IMG/VR virus record: IMGVR_UViG_3300031993_000027
Location: 1 to 64,000 of that record
Source of the DNA: a virus
Lineage: Duplodnaviria > Caudoviricetes
Strand: one strand, 5' to 3'
DNA length: 64,000 nt
Position 1 is the stretch's first letter, and each line of letters starts with the position of its first letter. Position numbers and translations under genes: made by a program. Below the pieces are notes generated by a model. That model saw only the letters and a list, made by a program, of their open reading frames with translations, did not search any database and was not told the DNA's origin. Shown here in pieces: positions 1-8,937 of this stretch.

Positions 1-159
1 TAAAGAAAAATTCATAGTTCCATATTTTTTATATTTAATATACTGATAAGCATATTCAACCAAAGCACCTATCAATGTTGAATGTTGATAATAATTTGGT
101 TCACCTTGACAACATACAATCACATTGAATTTAGGATTTTTGCAATTTCTTTGTATCAT
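1..159 (-). CDS. small hypothetical protein (3' end outside window); near-identical paralog of 60848..61024
   Basis: ATG at 159, reads MIQRNCKNPKFNVIVCCQGEPNYYQHSTLIGALVEY...; DNA nearly identical to 60866..61024. Confidence 0.6.
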   Translation of the reverse strand, partial: MIQRNCKNPKFNVIVCCQGEPNYYQHSTLIGALVEYAYQYIKYKKYGTMNFSL

Positions 160-322
160 TCATCATCACCTTCTTTCGGAATACACCTAAGAGAATGACA
201 CTTCAAACGAATTAACAAATCACCTTCGTATATATACCCACAATCACAAACACAAATATGATGTACCATATTAAAAGCCATTGTTTTTCCGCATTTAGGG
301 CAAGTTAGAAAAATAGTATCAT

Positions 323-541
323 TCATTCTTCATCAACTGCCTTTTCTATAATCTGCCAGTACAAAGTTTTACATAACGGATTACCTGCAAGATAACAGAT
401 ATTCTTTGTTTCCAAACAAAAGGAATCCTCGTTATTTATCTTAATGTAAGTGTTGCCTACAAACTGTCTTTCTTTATCAAAAGGCGTAAAGAACTCCCCT
501 ATCTCCAAGTCTTTATATGGAACTATTTTAACGTCATACAT
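323..541 (-). CDS. hypothetical protein
   Basis: Start MYDVK after GAGGG SD, overlaps the upstream stop. Confidence 0.55.
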   Translation of the reverse strand: MYDVKIVPYKDLEIGEFFTPFDKERQFVGNTYIKINNEDSFCLETKNICYLAGNPLCKTLYWQIIEKAVDEE

Positions 542-1037
542 TTTCGTTGCCCTCTTCTTTCCATTCCATTTCTGCTCCACAGTGGCAAAAAGGGAATTTA
601 TCAGGATATTCAAACGGTTTGGTATTAATCACTCTTTGGCACTTAGAACAAAAGAATTTATACTTATCGTTCTTTATCCTTATCCACTCACCTATATTTA
701 TTCTTGGGTTTAAATTTTTACCAATTCTCATTCCGTATGTGTATCCTCTATGATATCCACGTTGAATTTCATTGGCTCTGATTGCCCCCAAGTTTATTGT
801 CGGAAGATTCTTTATTTTCGATAACAGTTCGAGAACATATTCAGGAGCGTTTTGACAGATATTCTCCAACTCCTCTACTATCCCTTCAACCTCGTAATGG
901 CTTATATATAAGCCAAATCGAGGCGAGGGTTTATCCTCGTCACAAAGAGATTTTCCATCGTTACACACGGATAATCCAGTGGAAATAGACAATTCATAAG
1001 GCTGTCCATCTGTTCCGTACTCAATCCTCTTGTCCAT
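534..1037 (-). CDS. hypothetical protein with C-terminal zinc ribbon
   Basis: GEWI...FCSKC...FCHCGAEM motif typical of small phage accessory proteins; start taken at MDKR after GGAG. Confidence 0.65.
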   Translation of the reverse strand: MDKRIEYGTDGQPYELSISTGLSVCNDGKSLCDEDKPSPRFGLYISHYEVEGIVEELENICQNAPEYVLELLSKIKNLPTINLGAIRANEIQRGYHRGYTYGMRIGKNLNPRINIGEWIRIKNDKYKFFCSKCQRVINTKPFEYPDKFPFCHCGAEMEWKEEGNENV

Positions 1038-1299
1038 CGTTGTCTCCTGTTTCATCAGTATAAAACTTTTTTATAAACTCGATACTTCCATAATTTTTAG
1101 GATTTATGGTAATAAGTTTTACTTCTCCTTCAATGATTTCTCCTGCAACTGTATGCAAAGTCAGAAAGTCTATGTTTCCTAATGTGATATTTTTAAGTTC
1201 TGATTCAATATAAGCCAAACTTTCACTAACTTCGTATTCTTTATCGAAGTATGGATTTCTAACCGTTATCAGCGTCGTTATCCTCGTTACTTTGCTCAT
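1021..1299 (-). CDS. hypothetical protein
   Basis: AAGGAG SD, coupled ORF. Confidence 0.6.
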   Translation of the reverse strand: MSKVTRITTLITVRNPYFDKEYEVSESLAYIESELKNITLGNIDFLTLHTVAGEIIEGEVKLITINPKNYGSIEFIKKFYTDETGDNDGQED

Positions 1300-1546
1300 T
1301 GTTTTGCTCCTTTAGGTATTCCAAAACCTTCTCCAACATATTAATAATGCTTTGTTTGTTATAAGCACTCGTGTTTAATTCGTCAGACAAATCTTCCAAC
1401 ATATATGCAAAAGAAGGAAAATCGTTTTTGCATATTAGTGATAAATCGTTTAAAAAAATAGCCTGCGCTACTATTGGCAAATCCCAAATTTCTTGTGCAA
1501 GTTCTTCAGGTGTTAACCATATATCAACCTCAAACGTCTTTTTCAT
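1259..1546 (-). CDS. hypothetical protein
   Basis: AAGGAG SD, same junction sequence as the next gene. Confidence 0.6.
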   Translation of the reverse strand: MKKTFEVDIWLTPEELAQEIWDLPIVAQAIFLNDLSLICKNDFPSFAYMLEDLSDELNTSAYNKQSIINMLEKVLEYLKEQNNEQSNEDNDADNG

Positions 1547-1769
1547 TGTTTTGCTCCTTTTCTAAAGCCTCTGTTACACCTTCTTGGCTTATCAAATCGC
1601 CTATTGCGTCCTGTTGCCTTAATGCCTCTTTTATCTTTTCTTTCATTTTGCAATCCGAACACCCTGTTTCCCTGTAAGAACACTCGCCACAAATGTTAAG
1701 TTCACAATTTCCATGACGGTCTGTTTCTTTAAGTGCCTTGATAGCCATATTTAAGGCTTCTTTTGTCAT
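1530..1769 (-). CDS. Cys-rich hypothetical protein
   Basis: GAGGTG SD; MAIKALK and CxxC motifs. Confidence 0.6.
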   Translation of the reverse strand: MTKEALNMAIKALKETDRHGNCELNICGECSYRETGCSDCKMKEKIKEALRQQDAIGDLISQEGVTEALEKEQNNEKDV

Positions 1770-1815
1770 TCTGTATCACCTCTCTTTCTCTTTTACATCC
1801 ATATATTTTTCACAA

Positions 1816-2568
1816 TCAGAAGAATTGACCATCGTGAAGTGAAGCGTTAAACACCGCACCTGCAAGTGAATCTGCGATATTCTTGGAATGGTCTGCATCA
1901 TGGTCTACACGACCTGTTTGATTATCTTGTTTAAGATTTACCAATTCGGTTATCAGTTCTTCTTGGTGTGAGAGAATCATAATTCTTCTTTCTATCAGAG
2001 CCGTTTTAAACGTTTGGTATCCGTCAGGTTTCTTATCCAAAGAAACGATAGTAGTATCTTCAAAGCCTGTTGTTTTGAATGTCTGCATCATATCTCTGCT
2101 TTGAAAACTATCAAGAGATATTCCTTTTATGTTCCAACCTAATTCGTTTTTTAAATAATATACAAATTCTCTGTCCTTCCTAAAAGATATCTCCGACCCA
2201 CTAGGACACTGAATGCCGATAGAAAATACCTGTCTGTATGCTAGTTCTTTTATTTTGGTATGTTCTTCTGTGAAGAAGCCACATCCTTGTCTATTAGTGT
2301 ATCCTAGAACTGCTACACAACTTATTCCTTTACGGTTTCCTACCAACGAACGATTAAAATGAATAAACAAAGGTTTCGTGTAGATTTCAGGCGGTACTTT
2401 TTCAGGCTCGAAAAAATCCTGATATTTGAGTTGGTCTAACATTCCGATAGTCAGGACATTTGACTTAAACGGATTGTCTTGTGGAATAATACACTTCTCC
2501 AACGATGAATAATCAATGTATTGAAGTTTTCTTTTTAGAGCCTCATGGTTAATTAAATCATTGTTCAT
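1816..2568 (-). CDS. stand-alone terminase large subunit C-terminal (RNase H-like) nuclease domain, probably inactive
   Basis: Motifs IHFNRSLVGNRKGISCV, SLDSFQS, ELITELVNL and VDHDADHSKNIADSLAGAV match the TerL nuclease layout; no ATPase domain; first catalytic Asp position is Asn. Confidence 0.7.
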   Translation of the reverse strand: MNNDLINHEALKRKLQYIDYSSLEKCIIPQDNPFKSNVLTIGMLDQLKYQDFFEPEKVPPEIYTKPLFIHFNRSLVGNRKGISCVAVLGYTNRQGCGFFTEEHTKIKELAYRQVFSIGIQCPSGSEISFRKDREFVYYLKNELGWNIKGISLDSFQSRDMMQTFKTTGFEDTTIVSLDKKPDGYQTFKTALIERRIMILSHQEELITELVNLKQDNQTGRVDHDADHSKNIADSLAGAVFNASLHDGQFF

Positions 2569-2717
2569 TCTTTTTTACCTCTCTTCCTTCTGAACTCTTT
2601 GATTTTATCTTTTATATCAAGAAAAATAACTAAGATAACCCAAAAACCAATAACAACAAACAACAAACCCCACCCGATAATTTCTTCAATCATCTTTAAT
2701 TTAAAATACATTTCCAT
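2565..2717 (-). CDS. small single-pass membrane protein (50 aa)
   Basis: GAGGTG SD; hydrophobic IIGWGLLFVVIGFWVILVIFL; ATGA overlap with the next gene. Confidence 0.6.
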   Translation of the reverse strand: MEMYFKLKMIEEIIGWGLLFVVIGFWVILVIFLDIKDKIKEFRRKRGKKE

Positions 2718-2736
2718 TCTTTATCACCTCTATCTT

Positions 2737-2765
2737 TCTTAACGAATTATCTCGATTGATTCTTC
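2737..2765 (-). promoter_or_regulatory. phage-specific promoter, GAAGAATCAA-N11-CGTTAAGA
   Basis: One of 7 copies with an identical 11-nt spacer, upstream of an RBS. Confidence 0.75.
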
Positions 2766-3061
2766 GATAGTTTATGCAAACACTTCAAAAGAGCGAACTC
2801 GTTTCTCGTTATCCTCTTTGACAGTCTGTTTAGTCTCCTGACTACCCTGTTAGTCTCACGGATATTCGGATGTTCATTGAGTGACTTAGTTGCTTCGTAT
2901 AAGAGCCTGTCAAACTCTTCAGAATGTCTCTTATTTATCGTCATAAGGCGTTGAGTGATAAGAGACCTTATAAACTCGTTCCTGTCGCTTACAGGCTCTC
3001 CTAGAGCCTCTATACAGTCCCTTATGATATCAGGGTCAAGATTTAATTGTTTTGAAAACAT
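2747..3061 (-). CDS. hypothetical protein
   Basis: 104-aa ORF, coupled to the upstream gene. Confidence 0.6.
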   Translation of the reverse strand: MFSKQLNLDPDIIRDCIEALGEPVSDRNEFIRSLITQRLMTINKRHSEEFDRLLYEATKSLNEHPNIRETNRVVRRLNRLSKRITRNEFALLKCLHKLSKNQSR

Positions 3062-3431
3062 TTTTAATACCGCCTGACTTATAATCCTTCTTATCTAAAG
3101 CCTTTTCGAAATCAACGATTCTCTTTGCTATGCTCGCCCTCTCGCTCTGTGGAATACCTGCCAGTTCCATTGCTTTCTCAAAGGTCTCGTTCTCTATCCT
3201 GTAATAGTGGTGAACAAGAAGTGTCTGTAAAGCCCACTTGCACTCTTCCGTTGTAGGTATCTGAATCGTTTGTCCACCATAGAACTTAATCAGATTAGCA
3301 AAACTCTTGCTGTCGGTCAGGTAAGCCAACTCATTAAGCAGGGCATACTTCGGATTGTCAGAGGAAGCGTACAACAGCACACACATCATTGAAAAGGTAT
3401 CTTCTCTTTTAAGGCTATCCATAATGTCCAT
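3036..3431 (-). CDS. Mor/C-like transcription regulator
   Basis: LIKFYGGQTIQIP resembles the Mor-family FGGxxIYIP motif, followed by a helical C-terminus. Confidence 0.5.
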   Translation of the reverse strand: MDIMDSLKREDTFSMMCVLLYASSDNPKYALLNELAYLTDSKSFANLIKFYGGQTIQIPTTEECKWALQTLLVHHYYRIENETFEKAMELAGIPQSERASIAKRIVDFEKALDKKDYKSGGIKNVFKTIKS

Positions 3432-3432
3432 C

Positions 3433-4107
3433 TTAAAGTCCTCCTAGTGGTTCAACCTGTTCCTTAAAGGATTCCAGTGCAAAGTTTTTTATCACATTAA
3501 ACGATTTGTCTTCTTCGGAATACAGGTCAGATATGATTGCGTCCATAAGGATTCTATATAGCATCCTCGTATAATTCTCGTCCTCTTCGGTCTGATTAAA
3601 ACTCACAAACCTGCTGTTTGCTATTGACAGTGTTAGCGATATTTTTGCGTTCAGATATTCCTTAGTGTCAGGATAGAAGGTTGAGGCTTCCAAGGCTCTG
3701 TCTATCATTCTAGGTATTCCCTCGATAACACTTCTCATACAGATATTGCTTATATCGGGATTATCTATTGAAGAAGCACTGCCCATCCTTATTATGACTT
3801 CTTCAAGGTTAGAGTATTTCCCTGTACAGTCTACTATCCTAGGCTGATAATCTCTCTTCCATATCTTGATGTAGTTATGATACCAAGAATTTATGTATCC
3901 AATCCAAGATATAATATCAAACCTCTTCATGTACATATCGGTTGCCAACAGGTTTGCTACGAGGTCACAATCTTCTTCAGTGTTGAGAAGTTTGTTCCTC
4001 ATTAAGAAGCATTTGCATAAGAAGTGGATGCGTTCATATATCTTAGGGTCGTCAGGGTTTTCTGCCAACATATCCTTGATATTCTGCTCCATCGTAACAA
4101 GTCTCAT
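3433..4107 (-). CDS. hypothetical protein
   Basis: 224-aa ORF with SD, in operon. Confidence 0.65.
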   Translation of the reverse strand: MRLVTMEQNIKDMLAENPDDPKIYERIHFLCKCFLMRNKLLNTEEDCDLVANLLATDMYMKRFDIISWIGYINSWYHNYIKIWKRDYQPRIVDCTGKYSNLEEVIIRMGSASSIDNPDISNICMRSVIEGIPRMIDRALEASTFYPDTKEYLNAKISLTLSIANSRFVSFNQTEEDENYTRMLYRILMDAIISDLYSEEDKSFNVIKNFALESFKEQVEPLGGL

Positions 4108-4108
4108 G

Positions 4109-4666
4109 TCATGCTCCTATCAGATTTCTTTGCAGTCCTGACAGATAATCATAGAGTTTATTTCTGAACTCTTCCTGCTTATCTGCGGTAGTTAGTTCGT
4201 CATACTTCTTAGCAAACAGGAATATCATGTTGTCAGGAAGATTGTAATTGCTCTTCAGATAACCATAGGCTATCTGTCTCTCTTCCTCATAGAACTCTTT
4301 AGGAAGCGGTTTAGTGAATCCGCAGACTTCGGTCTCAAATTCAATCTTACGTTCTATGTCTTCTTCGGTCATGCTTGCTTTCATTATCATATCAACAAGC
4401 CTGTACTTTAATTGGGACACTCCCATACTGTCAACAGCCTGTACATCCTCAATAGCCTTGAATATCTCTTTGGTGGAAGGAAAGTAATCACTCTCCTTTG
4501 CTACCTGACCGCAAGCCTTTATGAAGGTCTCGTCAGGGATATCTCCAAATAACTGCATCCAGTCTGCCGTGAATAAAGCCTTATCTTCTTTAGTCTTATC
4601 TCTGAAGAAATAAGGGAAGTGTGTTTCGAATGTCTTTAACGCTAAAACAACTGTCTCTTCTTTCAT
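4109..4666 (-). CDS. G39P-like helicase loader/inhibitor
   Basis: N-terminal W..LF.D....F..A......YFPS..EI pattern; directly follows the initiator gene. Confidence 0.6.
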   Translation of the reverse strand: MKEETVVLALKTFETHFPYFFRDKTKEDKALFTADWMQLFGDIPDETFIKACGQVAKESDYFPSTKEIFKAIEDVQAVDSMGVSQLKYRLVDMIMKASMTEEDIERKIEFETEVCGFTKPLPKEFYEEERQIAYGYLKSNYNLPDNMIFLFAKKYDELTTADKQEEFRNKLYDYLSGLQRNLIGA

Positions 4667-4675
4667 GTTGTCTCC

Positions 4676-5575
4676 TTACAGTCCACATTCTTTAAGAAAT
4701 GCCTTTTGTTCTTCTTCCGTCATACCACCTGAATGATTGTTAGTAGGCAACGACAGTGGTGTGGAGAACGAAAGTTTAAGTTGCCCATCTATATTTCTTA
4801 ACGATTTTTCGGAATTGATTCTCTTCAACTCGTCACCGAAATAGTCGTTGGAATCTTTTACTTCAAAGAAACCATCCCAACATCTTTCTATGCTCTGATT
4901 GATAATTGCTTCTACCAATCTGACATTATCTCCACCGAGTTTTAAGAGTTTATTTACACTTGTTCTTACTGTTCCTTCTGTCTTCATTTCATATTTCTTG
5001 CCTTTTGCTTTTCTCATTTCAGCAAAATCAAGATATGCCTTAACCAAGTTAGGATTATTTACAAAGATAGGGAAGTCATCTAAGACAGTTTCAACCATAG
5101 ATTTCTTTGCTTTAGTTTCTTTAAATATATTATTATTTTTGTTATTATTTGTGTTATTATTTGGTATTGCTTTGCCCTGTGGGTCACATCCATTTGCCCT
5201 GTGGGTCACATCCATCTGCCCTGTGGGGCAAATGGACAACGAAGGGGTTTCTACGGTTTTTAAATGCAAATCAGCATACCATTTCGTCTTATCACAGGCA
5301 TCATCGTTATAACAGCCTGTCTTTATATATCCCGAATCTTCCAACTTCTTTAGCGAGGTTCTTATCTGCTTTTCAGACATATAAGGAAACTGCTTTTTGT
5401 AAGCCTTAATACTGTTATACGTCCAATAGTATCCGTCATAAAAATTCAAATTATTTTCTTCGTTATGTTCACACCAATAAGAAATATTGGCATAGAGAAT
5501 TGCTGACATTATGCCTACGTCCAAGGCAACATCAGTATCAAAATAATTCTTCCTGTTTTTGTTAGAATCGCTCAT
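4676..5575 (-). CDS. phage replication initiator protein
   Basis: N-terminal winged helix (QFPYMSEKQIRTSLKKLEDSGYI), central iterons and Asn-rich linker, C-terminal IINQSIERCWDGFF domain. Confidence 0.8.
   Translation of the reverse strand: MSDSNKNRKNYFDTDVALDVGIMSAILYANISYWCEHNEENNLNFYDGYYWTYNSIKAYKKQFPYMSEKQIRTSLKKLEDSGYIKTGCYNDDACDKTKWYADLHLKTVETPSLSICPTGQMDVTHRANGCDPQGKAIPNNNTNNNKNNNIFKETKAKKSMVETVLDDFPIFVNNPNLVKAYLDFAEMRKAKGKKYEMKTEGTVRTSVNKLLKLGGDNVRLVEAIINQSIERCWDGFFEVKDSNDYFGDELKRINSEKSLRNIDGQLKLSFSTPLSLPTNNHSGGMTEEEQKAFLKECGL
5125..5236. repeat. putative replication origin: three 22-bp iterons plus AT-rich tract
   Basis: TTTGCCCTGTGGGTCACATCCA at 5171 and 5193, degenerate copy at 5215; AT-rich 5125-5165; lies inside the initiator gene, as in lambda O. 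Confidence 0.75.
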
Positions 5576-5578
5576 ACA

Positions 5579-6274
5579 TTAGTTCTCCTGTTCCTTATAT
5601 TTCTTCTCAAATGCCTCCCACGCTTCATCCGTACCTATGTTATCAGCAACAGCGTAATCTATTGCTTTTATGACTTCGTTTATAGGAAGGTCGGAACTAT
5701 ACCACTCTCCGTCCAACCTGTATCCAAGTTTCGTGTATGTGTTGTGCATCCTTTGTTCAATATCAAAAGCAACATCGCTTTCAATCTTATAGATTAGTTC
5801 AAGAGGGAATGGTCTTGTGTCAAGTTGCGACATTCTTTTCTCTACGTTGATAGAATATCCTATTTTATATTTATCAGCGCACTTCAATATATACACAAAT
5901 CCTTTATTCCTAATCTTTTCTTGTTTTAAATTTGTTGGAAAATCAGAATCATTATTTTCTATCAATTCTGTTTTTAAAAAAGTAGTATAAAAGAACATCC
6001 TACCATTCGGTGTTTCTAAGGACAAGCAATCTATAAAATTGCTATTATAGAGACACTTTAAACATTCGATAATTTTCTCGTTAGAAATATAAGGTATAGA
6101 ATCTTTAACATCTTCAAGAGTTACGCTTGCGTATATCAGACCGTCTATAATCTTCTTTTTTGCTTTACTCATTACGCACCAACGTTTTAGAAAATGGTAA
6201 ACTATGGAAGCCTCTATCCCAATTTTCATAGCATCAACTTCAATTTCGTGTTCAATTCCAAAGCAATATCCCAT
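5579..6274 (-). CDS. GIY-YIG (T5orf172/MUG113-like) nuclease with initiator-like N-terminal domain
   Basis: GFVYILKCADKYKIGYS..VEKRMSQL...EQRMH...GEWY. Confidence 0.75.
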   Translation of the reverse strand: MGYCFGIEHEIEVDAMKIGIEASIVYHFLKRWCVMSKAKKKIIDGLIYASVTLEDVKDSIPYISNEKIIECLKCLYNSNFIDCLSLETPNGRMFFYTTFLKTELIENNDSDFPTNLKQEKIRNKGFVYILKCADKYKIGYSINVEKRMSQLDTRPFPLELIYKIESDVAFDIEQRMHNTYTKLGYRLDGEWYSSDLPINEVIKAIDYAVADNIGTDEAWEAFEKKYKEQEN

Positions 6275-6350
6275 AAAAACCTCCCATATCTAGTGGTATT
6301 TTTTTGTGCAAACCCCACATATAGTTGCCTTAAACAACCGAAAAAAGGGT

Positions 6351-6435
6351 AAAAAAAACCGTCTGTGAAGGTGGCTCTTCACTGACGGAATGTTGTTGCA
6401 TTGAATTGCATTGAAGCCACCCAATGCAACGTTTG
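6351..6435 (-). ncRNA. structured leader: two hairpins with complementary loops, the second a U-tailed terminator
   Basis: Hairpin 1 loop GGUGGCU, hairpin 2 loop AGCCAC(C) followed by U8. Confidence 0.55.
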
Positions 6436-6443
6436 TAGAAATA

Positions 6444-6472
6444 ATATTAACACAAGCATTTTAGAAATGCAA
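6444..6472 (-). promoter_or_regulatory. sigmaA-type promoter for the replication genes
   Basis: TTGCAT-N17-TAATAT. Confidence 0.55.
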
Positions 6473-6479
6473 GTATCAA

Positions 6480-6893
6480 TCAGATATCAAAAGGCAAATC
6501 GTCACCTTCCTCTATAACAGGAGCAACAGGCTCTTGTCTTGGTGCAGGTGCAGGTCTGCTATTGTTCCCACCACTAGATGCACCACAGAAATTAGCGGTC
6601 TCTACAAGAACCTCGGTAACAAACACCTTTTTGCCGTTGTTGTCATCATAGTTACGTGTCTGAATCTTGCCGTTCACGACAATCATATCTCCCTTATGAA
6701 AATACTGACCGATGAACGAGGCTGTTCCACGCCACGCTACGCAGTTGATAAAGTCAGTCGCCTTATTACCACTGCTGTCTTTAAAGTCTCTCTCACAGGC
6801 AAGTGTGAACGAGGCACACGCTACCTGATTTGTTGTGTTCCTAAGTTCAGGGTCTTTTGTGAGACGACCCTGCAAACATACGTTATTGAGCAT
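6480..6893 (-). CDS. ssb: single-stranded DNA-binding protein
   Basis: MLNNVCLQGRLTKDPELR...DFINCVAWR...DDLPF. Confidence 0.95.
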   Translation of the reverse strand: MLNNVCLQGRLTKDPELRNTTNQVACASFTLACERDFKDSSGNKATDFINCVAWRGTASFIGQYFHKGDMIVVNGKIQTRNYDDNNGKKVFVTEVLVETANFCGASSGGNNSRPAPAPRQEPVAPVIEEGDDLPFDI

Positions 6894-6910
6894 ATGTATC
6901 TCCTTCCTTG

Positions 6911-7612
6911 TTATAAATTAAACGGCAGTTCAACGCCATCTTCGTCTATGATAGGTTCAGGCTGTGGTTCGGGCTTTGGCGGTTCTTCTGCCTTTGCCCT
7001 TCTCTTAGCCGAACACTCCATACAGATTGGCACTCCGTACTTCTTCTTAGTAGCCTCGGCTATCTTACTTGCTGATACGCCTTGATGTTCCTTAATCTCA
7101 CCCTTGCAATCAGCACAGATAAGAGGCTCGATAGGCTTTGTAACAGTCGTTGTCTTAACAGTCTGCTTTGGTGCTGATACAGGCGCATAATCTTCGCTAT
7201 GGTCTTCAGGCAAATCCTCTTTGCTGTATACACGCAAGCCTAAACCGTGTCTTGCGATACACTTTGTTGCACACCTCTGAATAGCCTTGGTTACATCAAA
7301 AGAGGTTACGCTGTCCAATGGGATACTCTTATTCCTGTAATCCATGACAGGCAGATACTCAATCTGTTCCAACCCCTTAACAACTACACCAACCTTAACC
7401 CATGCGGTCTTACCGTCAGTATGATAGTTCCATCCATCCTTGTTCTCATAAACAATGATATTAGCATCAGGAAATTGCTTTTTAAGTTCGTTCCACGCAA
7501 AAACCCAAGAGACGTAAGAAAAGCCGTTTCTCTTTTCGGTATAGTCGGTTATGTCTATCTTAGACAGATTCTTAAAAACGTCTGCGTCAATGTAATCCTG
7601 ATAGTTACACAT
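6911..7612 (-). CDS. Sak3/DUF1071-type single-strand annealing recombinase
   Basis: SYVSWVFAW, EYLPVMDYRNKSI, KAIQRCATKCIARHGLGL..Y..EDLP; C-terminal zinc finger; adjacent to ssb. Confidence 0.85.
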   Translation of the reverse strand: MCNYQDYIDADVFKNLSKIDITDYTEKRNGFSYVSWVFAWNELKKQFPDANIIVYENKDGWNYHTDGKTAWVKVGVVVKGLEQIEYLPVMDYRNKSIPLDSVTSFDVTKAIQRCATKCIARHGLGLRVYSKEDLPEDHSEDYAPVSAPKQTVKTTTVTKPIEPLICADCKGEIKEHQGVSASKIAEATKKKYGVPICMECSAKRRAKAEEPPKPEPQPEPIIDEDGVELPFNL

Positions 7613-7850
7613 TATCTTTTACCTCCTTCCATAAGTTCGGATGACGAAGCAAGAAGTTTATCACGTTCCCTGCTTCGGCTAGTGCCACGGCACTGTACGA
7701 AGCCTTATACTTCGTTGTCTTATCATTAGATGTAGAAACAATCCTCTCAAAATGGTCTTTTAGGTCTATGAGTTCATCCCTTACATCTACACCGTCCATT
7801 ATACTAAACAATCTGTCCGTTTTAAGGGACACTTTATTGTTTTCTGTCAT
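7605..7850 (-). CDS. hypothetical protein
   Basis: Coupled ORF with SD. Confidence 0.6.
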   Translation of the reverse strand: MTENNKVSLKTDRLFSIMDGVDVRDELIDLKDHFERIVSTSNDKTTKYKASYSAVALAEAGNVINFLLRHPNLWKEVKDNV

Positions 7851-8914
7851 TACTCCACCTCCTGTAAAATGCTTAAATAACGGTCTTTTTCGTACTTACA
7901 ATCCACTGTGTCCAAGAACTCGATGAACTTCTGTTTTACATCAAGGTCTGTGAAGTCGTGAACCTGTTCTTCGGTCTCGGAAGACCCTTCTTCCGAGTAG
8001 ACATTCAATAACTTGAAAGCGATTATATTCTTGCGTTCAGAAAGAATCTTCTGATAGGTTTCTTTGTTATTGTATTCACTATACTTAACGATAAAAGCAT
8101 AATTGAATCTACGGTCAAAAGTATCGAGGATTGCTTCAAGGTCTGATGAATCTTCAAATCCTTCAATTCTTCTGAACAAGATAGCATTAGGATTTTCGAA
8201 CCTCAATGTTTCCATTGTATCTGTGTCATAGATAAAAGCAGAAGGAACGTAGTCTTGGTCATCCGAGAAAGAATGAGAAAAAACAGACCCTATGTTATTT
8301 ACGCTGTGTTTGGTCGTTCTCAATCTGCTAGGAACATGGATGTGACCATTAGCCACAAATCCAAAGTGTTCGGCAAGTTCCTCTGACCTTATTCCTGTTT
8401 CCAGTTTCACTCCGTCCCTGATGTAACTCTCTTTGATATCTATGTGAGATACCAAGACGCTATTCGATATTGACATCAGAAGAGCCTCGTCGATATCCTC
8501 TGCATCCATATACGGTAGGATAGAAAGTACGTCGTTTATCTTTGTAGGTTTATCCACAACGACCACGTTCTTATATCCTGATAGGATATCTGAAGCGTTG
8601 AAGTTATCGTTGACCTTCTCATGGTTTCCTACTGTTACGTAGTGAGGAACATCAACCTTCTCGAAGTATCCAAAGAACCTGCGTATCGCTTCAAGTTCCT
8701 CTGCCTTGACCATCGTGCTGTCAAAAGTGTCTCCACCGTTCACGATACAGTCAACGTTGTTTTCTTCGGCTAATTTGGCAAGCCACTTGCCTGTCTCTAT
8801 GACCCTTCTAAGCCTAACCGTAAACTTAGGGAACTCCGTTTCCTCGTCTATATAGAGAGGAAGTATGCTACTGTTATAAGAACAGTGTAAATCTGTGTAA
8901 ATCAGAATCTTCAT
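7850..8914 (-). CDS. SbcD/Mre11 (gp47-like) metallophosphoesterase nuclease
   Basis: TDLH, GGDTFD, GNHE, SH and GHIH motifs. Confidence 0.85.
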   Translation of the reverse strand: MKILIYTDLHCSYNSSILPLYIDEETEFPKFTVRLRRVIETGKWLAKLAEENNVDCIVNGGDTFDSTMVKAEELEAIRRFFGYFEKVDVPHYVTVGNHEKVNDNFNASDILSGYKNVVVVDKPTKINDVLSILPYMDAEDIDEALLMSISNSVLVSHIDIKESYIRDGVKLETGIRSEELAEHFGFVANGHIHVPSRLRTTKHSVNNIGSVFSHSFSDDQDYVPSAFIYDTDTMETLRFENPNAILFRRIEGFEDSSDLEAILDTFDRRFNYAFIVKYSEYNNKETYQKILSERKNIIAFKLLNVYSEEGSSETEEQVHDFTDLDVKQKFIEFLDTVDCKYEKDRYLSILQEVE

Positions 8915-8937
8915 GTTTCGGTAATACCTCCTGACAT

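Noticed and set aside
5171-5236. Short direct repeats as a possible CRISPR mini-array
   Set aside because: The repeats are contiguous without spacers and lie inside the initiator gene, so iterons fit better
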